From: an uncultured bacterium
GTDB taxonomy: Bacteria > Abyssobacteria > SURF-5
Length of the DNA stretch: 14,155 bases
Reading direction: 5' to 3'
Assembly (NCBI GenBank): GCA_964510165.1
Contig: CAZEBC010000054.1
Coordinates: forward strand, 6,566 to 20,720
Shown here piece after piece: positions 6,768-14,155 of this stretch. How positions within the stretch are numbered: position 1 is the first letter of the stretch; every line of letters begins with the position of its first letter. The notes under the pieces were generated by a model that saw only the letters and a program-made list of their open reading frames with translations, searched no databases and was not told the DNA's origin. Both the position numbers and the translations under genes were made by a program.

Positions 6768-7940
6768 ATGAGACATGAGAGCCTGACGCCGGTTCTGGCC
6801 CAAATCGAGGCGCGAGGTCTTCTTCGGAAGCCCAAGCTGGTCGCCGGCCCCATCGGCACACGCGTCATTATAGACGGCCGGGACACGCTACTCTTCTGCA
6901 CCAATGACTACCTTGGCCTCGCCAATCATCCGGCAGTGAAACAGGCTGCCATGGACGCCGTCAACCAATACGGCGCGGGCGCGGGCGCATCGCGGCTCGT
7001 GTCGGGCACGCTGCCGATCCACGCGGGATTGGAGGCCGAACTCGCATGTTTCAAAGGAGCCCAGGCGGCGCTGGTCTTCGGCTCGGGTTATCTCGCAAAC
7101 CTAGGCATAGTCTCAGCACTGATGCGCCAGGACGGCGTCATCTACAGCGACGAACTGAATCACGCCAGCATTATTGACGCCTGCCGTCTGAGCAGGGCCG
7201 AGGTGAAGGTATATCCGCATCGCGACACGCGTTCTCTGGAAAGAATGCTGAAGGCCGGAAACGCGCGTCGCCAAAGATTGATCGTGACCGACGGCGTGTT
7301 CAGCATGGACGGCGATATTGCGCCGCTGCCGGAACTCGCGCGACTGGCCTCCGAGTTCGACTGTTATCTCATGGTGGATGACGCGCATGCCACGGGCGTG
7401 CTTGGCCCCGACGGCCGGGGAACGGCCGCGCACCACGGTCTTTACAACGGGATCGATATCCAGATGGGCACTCTGAGCAAAGCGCTCGGCAGCTACGGCG
7501 CCTTTGTCGCAGGCTCGCGTGAACTCATCAACTTCCTCGTGAATCGCGCGCGCAGTTTCATCTTCACGACCGCGCTCCCGCCAGCGTCCGCAGCCGCCGC
7601 GCTCGAAGCGCTCAAGACCGCGAAGCGCGAACCAGAGCGGCGCGAGCGCCTCTGGCGAAACGCCGCGCTGCTCAAACAGGGACTCGCCTCGGCAGGATTC
7701 AACGTCGGCCCATCGGAGACGTTCATAATCCCTGTGATTGTTGGCGGCGCGACTGAATGCGTCGCGCTGGCCGAGCGCCTCCTCGAGGAAAGCGTATTCG
7801 CTCAAGCCATCCGCCCACCATCGGTGCCCGAGGGCTCATCGAGGCTCCGCGTGGTACCCACGTCGGAGCACAGCATCAACGATATTGAGTATGCTATCGA
7901 GGCGTTTATTCGCGCTGGCAAGAAGTGCGGTGTTATCTGA
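6768..7940 (+). CDS. bioF: 8-amino-7-oxononanoate synthase
   Basis: NDYLGL, ASRLVSG, NHASIID, DGVFSMDGD, DDAHATG and GTLSKA (PLP lysine). An alternative TTG start at 6741 overlaps the bioB stop. Confidence 0.95.
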   Translation: MRHESLTPVLAQIEARGLLRKPKLVAGPIGTRVIIDGRDTLLFCTNDYLGLANHPAVKQAAMDAVNQYGAGAGASRLVSGTLPIHAGLEAELACFKGAQAALVFGSGYLANLGIVSALMRQDGVIYSDELNHASIIDACRLSRAEVKVYPHRDTRSLERMLKAGNARRQRLIVTDGVFSMDGDIAPLPELARLASEFDCYLMVDDAHATGVLGPDGRGTAAHHGLYNGIDIQMGTLSKALGSYGAFVAGSRELINFLVNRARSFIFTTALPPASAAAALEALKTAKREPERRERLWRNAALLKQGLASAGFNVGPSETFIIPVIVGGATECVALAERLLEESVFAQAIRPPSVPEGSSRLRVVPTSEHSINDIEYAIEAFIRAGKKCGVI

Positions 7941-7970
7941 GGCGACCGACCGAATCAATGGAGTTGCTGA

Positions 7971-8695
<725 letters not shown>

Positions 8696-8696
<1 letters not shown>

Positions 8697-10075
8697 TGCC
8701 GACTAAGCCAAAGAAAGATCATGACGCGGAACAGTTGGAAAACGATGACCTGCGCTTCATCTGGCATCCGTTCACCCAGATGCAGGACTATCAGGCCGAA
8801 AGGCCGCTCGTCATCGAGCGCGCAAAGGGCGCGTACCTGTATGACGTGCGCGGCAAACGATACCTCGACGGCGTCTCATCGCTCTGGGTCACAGTGCATG
8901 GCCATCGCAAGCCGACGCTTGATTCCGCCATCCGCCAGCAGCTCGGCAAGGTGGCTCATTCCACACTGCTCGGCATCTCGAACGTGCCCGCCATCAAGCT
9001 CGCCCGCATGCTCGTCGAGCGCGCCCCAAGCGGTCTCACAAAGGTTTTCTATTCCGACAGCGGCTCGACCGCGGTCGAGATCGGCCTCAAAATGGCGTTC
9101 CAGTACTGGCAGCAACACCGCAGCGGCGCCCACAAGCGACGCACCCGGTTCATCTGCTTCGAGAACGCGTACCACGGCGATACCATTGGCAGCGTCGGCG
9201 TCGGCGGCATTGACCTGTTTCACAAACTTTACCGCCCCCTGCTTATGAACTCGATCCGGGTAACCGCGCCCTATTGCTACCGCTGTCCACTTGGTCTCGA
9301 CAAAGACACGTGCGGCATTGCGTGCCTCGAATCAGTTGAGACCGCGCTCCGTAATCATGCTGAAGAGGTGGCCGCGCTCGTCATCGAACCGCTCGTCTTC
9401 GCGGCGGCGGGAATCATTGTCCAGCCGCCCGGATACCTTCGCCGAATTCGCGAACTATGCACGGAGTACGGCGTGTTCATGCTTGCCGACGAGGTCGCCG
9501 TCGGCATGGGCAGAACGGGTGCGCTGTTCGCATGCGAGCACGAGAGCGTGGTTCCAGACCTGCTGGCCGTCGCGAAGGGCTTGACCGGCGGGTACCTTCC
9601 CGTCGCCGCCACATTGACAACTGACGAGATTTACGCCGGATTCCTGGGACAATACGAGGAGTTTCGGACGTTGTTTCACGGCCACACCTATACCGGAAAC
9701 CCGCTCGGCTGCGCAGCCGCCATTGCCAACCTCGAGATATTCGACCGTGAACATACCCTCAAGAAAGCACGAAAGAAAATCGAGTCCGTGCGCGAATTGC
9801 TCAAACCCTTTGAGGAACTCTCCCATGTGGGCGAGGTCAGACAGTGCGGCTTGATGGTCGGCATCGAACTCGTCAAGGATAAGCGCACTCGCGAGCCCTA
9901 TGACCCTTCCGAAAAGATCGGCATTAAAGTCATCATGGAAGCCCGCCGCCGGGGTGTCGTCATCCGCCCCCTCGGCAACGTCATCGTGCTGATGCCGCAC
10001 CTCACCTTCACGACAGCCCAGCTAGGCCATCTCGTGGAGGTCACCCGCGCCTCGATTGAGAAAGTCACGCAGTAG
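8696..10075 (+). CDS. bioA: 7,8-diaminononanoate (DAPA) aminotransferase, PLP class III
   Basis: WHPFTQM, FYSDSGSTAVE, YHGDT, ADEVAVG, AKGLTGG and HGHTYTGN motifs. The start is ATG 8693 or 8696, overlapping the bioD stop (ATGATG); the ORF-track start at 8447 lies inside bioD. Confidence 0.96.
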
Positions 10076-10094
10076 GGCTGAGCCGCAACCAAAG

Positions 10095-10128
10095 ACCCTC
10101 TCCCTTAGGGAGAGGGTTGGGTGAGGGG
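10095..10128 (-). repeat. boxC-like extragenic repeat (CCCCTCACCC..CCCTCTCCC..GGGAGAGGG), possibly acting as the 3' hairpin of the bio operon
   Basis: ACCCTCTCCC-tta-GGGAGAGGGT stem followed by the tail TGGGTGAGGGG, 20 nt after the bioA stop. Confidence 0.7.
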
Positions 10129-10294
10129 CAAACACGAAACGCGCAATAACCCCACAAAATGCTCACTCTGCACGTTTTCTGTATATCCCGCCGGGCCGAG
10201 CACCCGATTGGCAAATATCGAGGCAGCCGCCGCAAGTCATTACGTTCATGCCGGTTATGAGAAAACCGACGCAATTCGCAAGTTCGCTCGGACG

Positions 10295-10310
10295 CTGGCA
10301 CAAATCTTGC
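10295..10310 (+). promoter_or_regulatory. Sigma54 -24/-12 promoter of the diguanylate cyclase
   Basis: CTGGCAC-AAATC-TTGC with GG-N10-GC spacing, followed by SD GGAGGTGA (10331-10338) and an in-frame ATG at 10349. Confidence 0.68.
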
Positions 10311-10348
10311 CCCTCAACCCGCCACATGGGGGAGGTGATAGTTCCCAT

Positions 10349-12382
10349 ATGCCAAAGGGCACGGTGCGTGCTTCACTCAGAGCGCAGAGACTGCACTCAG
10401 AAGATAACCCGGAAATGCAAGACAGCATGGCAATCGCTAAGGATGTACGTACCCTCATAGAAGAAACCGTTATCTCCCTGCCCACCATTCCCAGCGTGTT
10501 TCTGACGGTACTCGACAAAGTGGCCAGGGACAAATCTTCGGCGGAGGACGTCGCGCGCATCATCGAGCGCGACCAATCGCTCACCTCGAAAGTGCTCACG
10601 GTCGTCAATTCGTCCGCCTACGGCTTTCAAAACAAGATATCCACGGTCCCCCGCGCGGTCGCTTTGCTCGGGTTTGACCTCATTCGAAATCTGGCGCTGA
10701 GCGTCTCCGTATTCGACGACTTTCTGAAGCGCCAGGAGATCGCGTGCTTCGACAAGACCAAGTTCTGGGAACACTGCCTTGTGTGCGCCGCCGTTGCCCG
10801 GGAAATCGCCCAGCAATTGTACCTGCCGAATCCGGACGAAATCTACGTCGCCGGACTCCTTCATGATATCGGCAAGGTTGCCCTCGACAAGGTCTCGCGA
10901 GAAAACTACAGCGAAATCATAGCCCATTCCTCGATGAGCAGGAACTGGCTTGCCGTCGAGCAAACACGCCTCGGAGTGAATCACGCCGAGGTCGGCGGCA
11001 TCCTCGCCCGCAAATGGTCGCTGCCCGACAATATCGGCGCCGCAATCACCCATCATCATGAAATGCCTAAAAGCGGACTGACAGAGGAGCAGGCGCACAT
11101 GACCGCCGCCGTAAGCGTAGCCGATTTCATTTGCTGGACTCACGGCTTCGGTTCAGTATATGTCCTGCATCCGCCGCACCTGTGCGAACGAGTCAGCGAC
11201 CTGGTGGAAATAGACAACCTCGATATCGGGAAGATATATGACGCGATGGACCGTCAGATCATGAGCACAGCCAAGCTCTTCCACCTCTCGATCCCCGATA
11301 CGCGCACGTTCCGGGAAGCTCTCATGAGGGCGAACTCCGAACTCGGCCACCTGAATTCGCTCTACCAGGAAGCCAGAACTCAACTCGACCGGCAAGTGAG
11401 GCAACTCTCCTGCCTCAACCGCGCCATTTACCAGATTCGGCAGGACCTGGATGCGAAGGCCACCGTGAAGGCCCTTCTCCGTGCGATCCGGGATGAGTTT
11501 GGCTTTGCAAGAACTCTGTTCTTCAAGCTGAATGAGAGCGGCGAACGGCTTGAGCTTACGGATTCCCTGACCGAACCCTTGAAGGAATCTTATGAAGCCG
11601 CCGGTTTCCAGGAAAGCAGGCTTCTCGCCCGCTCCCTCAAGGAAAGACGAATTGCGAAATTCGAGAACGCCGGCGAGTGGAAGGGCGACCCTTTGTTCGT
11701 CAGCCTCATGACCAACGAGATATTCGTCATTCCAATTCCCTCGAAGCGAGGTCTTGTCGGTGTGGTCACCGCCGACAACGGCGACAGCCGCGAGGCCGCC
11801 GATTCTACATCAATGGATTCACTCAATATCCTCGCCCAGGAGGCGGGGCTTGCCATCGAAAACGCGCTTCTGTTCGAGAAGACGAGAGAACTCGCCATCA
11901 AGGACGACCTGACTCAGTTGTACAACCGCCGCCATATTCTCCAGGCTCTGGAAACCGAGATGCAGCGCTCCCAGCGCTACGATCGCCCGCTCTCCATCGC
12001 CATGCTCGATATCGACCATTTCAAGAAGATCAACGACGCTTTCGGACATCGAACCGGCGACGACGTGCTCAGGTCAATCGCGCGCTACTTGAAAGGCTCA
12101 TCACGAGTCACCGACATGGTGGGCAGATACGGCGGCGAGGAATTCCTCGTGATATTACCCGAGACGAACGCCGAAGGAGCAATAGGGTATTCCGAACGTG
12201 TGCGGCGCGCCGTCGAGGAGTTCGGTAAGACGCAGTTGAGCGAATTCGCGCCCAACCTCACGATCAGCGGCGGAGTTTCCGCCTTCGACCCATCTGGAGA
12301 CACCCTCGAAACGCTTCTGGACAGGGTTGACCGCGCACTCTATAAAGCCAAGGAAACCCGCAACCGCATAGCAGTGCTGTAA
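10349..12382 (+). CDS. HDOD - coiled coil - GAF - GGDEF diguanylate cyclase
   Basis: HDOD: LPTIP, DQSLTSKVLTVVNS, FWEHC, GLLHDIGK, HAEVG..W.LP. GAF-like end: IPIPSKRGLVGVVTADN..LAIENA. GGDEF: DDLTQLYNRR, DIDHFKKINDAFGH, RVTD I-site, RYGGEEF. The start is uncertain (10349, 10415 or 10427); 10121 lies upstream of the predicted promoter. Confidence 0.93.
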   Translation: MPKGTVRASLRAQRLHSEDNPEMQDSMAIAKDVRTLIEETVISLPTIPSVFLTVLDKVARDKSSAEDVARIIERDQSLTSKVLTVVNSSAYGFQNKISTVPRAVALLGFDLIRNLALSVSVFDDFLKRQEIACFDKTKFWEHCLVCAAVAREIAQQLYLPNPDEIYVAGLLHDIGKVALDKVSRENYSEIIAHSSMSRNWLAVEQTRLGVNHAEVGGILARKWSLPDNIGAAITHHHEMPKSGLTEEQAHMTAAVSVADFICWTHGFGSVYVLHPPHLCERVSDLVEIDNLDIGKIYDAMDRQIMSTAKLFHLSIPDTRTFREALMRANSELGHLNSLYQEARTQLDRQVRQLSCLNRAIYQIRQDLDAKATVKALLRAIRDEFGFARTLFFKLNESGERLELTDSLTEPLKESYEAAGFQESRLLARSLKERRIAKFENAGEWKGDPLFVSLMTNEIFVIPIPSKRGLVGVVTADNGDSREAADSTSMDSLNILAQEAGLAIENALLFEKTRELAIKDDLTQLYNRRHILQALETEMQRSQRYDRPLSIAMLDIDHFKKINDAFGHRTGDDVLRSIARYLKGSSRVTDMVGRYGGEEFLVILPETNAEGAIGYSERVRRAVEEFGKTQLSEFAPNLTISGGVSAFDPSGDTLETLLDRVDRALYKAKETRNRIAVL

Positions 12383-12389
12383 CGTCTCT

Positions 12390-12424
12390 GTAGGGCGTCA
12401 CGCTTAAGCGTGACTGCGCCGCCC
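12390..12424. repeat. GTAG-preceded palindrome between convergent genes (REP-like or bidirectional 3' hairpin)
   Basis: GTAGGGC followed by the perfect 18-bp palindrome GTCACGCTTAAGCGTGAC (12397-12414) and CGCCC, in the 43-bp gap between the two stops. Confidence 0.6.
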
Positions 12425-12425
12425 A

Positions 12426-13862
12426 TTAGAATTCAATCTGCCACTGCACGATAAAGACTCCCTCGCAGTCCTCCGGCTTTCCCCTGACAATGACATCTCG
12501 ATTGAACTCGGTGCGCTCGTAGTTAAAAAACATGCGAACGAACTCGTTAAGATGCCAATTGAGGCCGATTGTGAATGCTTCCGCGCGAGGAGCGCCGCTG
12601 GCCATCCCGAGTTCGAACAGGTCTTCTTCAGAGTCGAATATCGAATATCGAGCGGCGATTTCCCACGCTCCCCACCCTCCTGCCGAGGGATTGAACGGCC
12701 TGTTCGGCACAATCTTCTTCCAGCACTTGTGCTCCCCCGTCAGAAGATAGCTGCCCGAGAGGTACCAGGAGTAGAAAAACAGGTCTTCCTCAACGGAGTC
12801 TACCCCGAAATCGTCCAACCACATCTGCATCAACTCGGCCTTGATCGAGGCCGGGCCAACCGGCCAGACGAACTCCTCTCCCAGACGAGTCCGGGTTCCC
12901 CGGTGAATCGCGCCCTCCGCAAAATCGACAAATTCGGTTCGGCCCACGGTCCTGAACGCGATGTTCGAAAAATCCGTATTCTGATCGCCATGAGTTGAGG
13001 CCAAACCCAGGCACATGAACGAAACATACTCGCTCGGAATCGCCGCAAACGGACGGAACACCAGTCGGGCCGCAATATCTTTCGAGTCATTGTTATCGCC
13101 CTGGTTTTCGCCCGCGCCGTTCAGCACCGCGAAGCGGTACCCGATCAGGTCGCCTCCATACCGGCCATAAAGCATCGCGCCGATATCGCGCGCGCCAAAC
13201 ACCATGTTCCTCGACGCGATGGTGACATCGGCAAAGTCCGTGTAGTTTTGCGCCTGCATTACTTCCAGGCCGAACGGAACAATGAACTGTCCAAGCCTCA
13301 GCCTGGCGTCCGGGAAGTGTCGAAATTCGAGGTAACCGTCCTTCAGTTTGACCGGTTCAGCAAACTCGGCCTCCATCCTCACAAAATAGTCGAGCAGGCT
13401 GGCTTCCGTCTCCAAACGCGCCCGTTTGATCGAAACCGCATCGTCGAGCGGATAACCCGAATCGAAGGCGCTCAACCGGCCGGTCAGCTTGCCTCCGAAA
13501 TGAAGGCTGTACGGAAGCGCCGACGATCTGAGACAGAAATTTTCGTCGTATCGCGCGCCTAAGTCTAAGCCCAACTCCTCAGGGCTTCCAGCGGGACAGA
13601 CAGCTTCCACCTCCCCTTCTCCGCGCACAAACAGAGGGAGAGCCTCCCCCGCATGGAGATCTCCCTTCAGTGCGCCGATCTCTTGCTCCAGCTTCCTGTT
13701 GCTCTCCTGCAGCGTCCTGATTTCACTTTGGATCCGCAGGATTCGCTCGTCCACGCCGGGTAACTCCCCGGCGCGCACATGAGCGCTATCGGACAACAAG
13801 AACCACGCCGACAGAAAGAGAATGAACGTCACAGGGAAGGTGCATCTTGATGTGCGTCTCAT
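12426..13862 (-). CDS. Outer-membrane porin, OprO/OprP (phosphate-selective porin) family
   Basis: Signal-like MRRTSRCTFPVTFILFLSAWFLLSDSAHVRA, N-terminal coiled coil, KRARLE, LGQFIVPFGLE, RDIGAML, SYLLTGE, GAWEIAARYS and a C-terminal beta-signal WQIEF. The start is uncertain (13862 preferred; 13901 or 13970 possible). Confidence 0.85.
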   Translation of the reverse strand: MRRTSRCTFPVTFILFLSAWFLLSDSAHVRAGELPGVDERILRIQSEIRTLQESNRKLEQEIGALKGDLHAGEALPLFVRGEGEVEAVCPAGSPEELGLDLGARYDENFCLRSSALPYSLHFGGKLTGRLSAFDSGYPLDDAVSIKRARLETEASLLDYFVRMEAEFAEPVKLKDGYLEFRHFPDARLRLGQFIVPFGLEVMQAQNYTDFADVTIASRNMVFGARDIGAMLYGRYGGDLIGYRFAVLNGAGENQGDNNDSKDIAARLVFRPFAAIPSEYVSFMCLGLASTHGDQNTDFSNIAFRTVGRTEFVDFAEGAIHRGTRTRLGEEFVWPVGPASIKAELMQMWLDDFGVDSVEEDLFFYSWYLSGSYLLTGEHKCWKKIVPNRPFNPSAGGWGAWEIAARYSIFDSEEDLFELGMASGAPRAEAFTIGLNWHLNEFVRMFFNYERTEFNRDVIVRGKPEDCEGVFIVQWQIEF

Positions 13863-13927
13863 GCCGATAAACCAAAGCCGGCAAACAACCCATCTCCGCA
13901 TATCTCGCCCAGTGGCTGTACAAAACA

Positions 13928-13972
13928 GGAAAATGAAATGTGCGAGAGCCTCCCTTGCCGGGAAACGCACAT
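13928..13972 (-). terminator. Possible terminator or attenuator hairpin upstream of the porin gene
   Basis: Minus strand ATGTGCG..TTCCC-ggcaa-GGGAG..CGCACAT followed by the U-rich TTCATTTTCC. Confidence 0.35.
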
Positions 13973-14088
13973 ACTCTATCAGATGAGCCCAATCTCTTTC
14001 CAGCAGGTGAGGAATTATTCTCTGATTCTCGTGGTCGGTGTGGCCTCACTGTCTCGTTTTCGGCGTCCGTTCCTGACCGCTTTTCGGC

Positions 14089-14154
14089 TCAGAAAAGATT
14101 CTTCAACAGGAGATGCCCGAGTCTGTAAGCGTCTTCCACTGAAAGAATAGTCGC
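14089..14154 (-). CDS. Possible C-terminal end of an upstream gene (ATILSVEDAYRLGHLLLKNLF*)
   Basis: Open frame from the right edge to TGA at 14089-14091 with a protein-like helix; too short to verify. Confidence 0.3.
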   Translation of the reverse strand, partial: ATILSVEDAYRLGHLLLKNLF

Positions 14155-14155
14155 C

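Noticed and set aside
10121-10348. N-terminal extension of the diguanylate cyclase
   Set aside because: Starts within the boxC-like repeat and upstream of the predicted sigma54 promoter and SD.
12001-12063. Possible Hypr-GGDEF (3',3'-cGAMP synthase), given the multiheme cytochrome nearby
   Set aside because: The specificity position is Asp (INDAFGH), typical of canonical c-di-GMP synthases, not Ser/Thr.

Overview
GC-rich window from a diderm, probably anaerobic bacterium (it encodes an outer-membrane porin, a multiheme cytochrome and sigma54 promoters). On the minus strand, a heat-shock/proteostasis cluster dnaK-hsp20-hsp20-htpX is preceded by a sigma54 (-24/-12) promoter and an exact IHF-consensus site, with no CIRCE and no grpE/dnaJ. 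Downstream of it lies a secreted multiheme c-type cytochrome (at least 4 CxxCH, truncated at the left edge) that the ORF track missed. Divergently on the plus strand is a bioBFDA operon with a BirA operator, lacking pimelate-supply genes; its BioB has an altered auxiliary-cluster ligand set. A sigma54-preceded HDOD-GAF-GGDEF diguanylate cyclase follows, converging on an OprO/OprP-like porin. The most unusual signal is a pair of complementary segments (perfect 16-bp core, about 29 bp with G-U pairs on the mRNA strand) that bracket exactly one hsp20 cistron. They could form a long-range RNA stem with a 535-nt loop, which suggests cistron-specific processing or a structural switch. Several REP-like and boxC-like palindromes occupy intergenic spaces.
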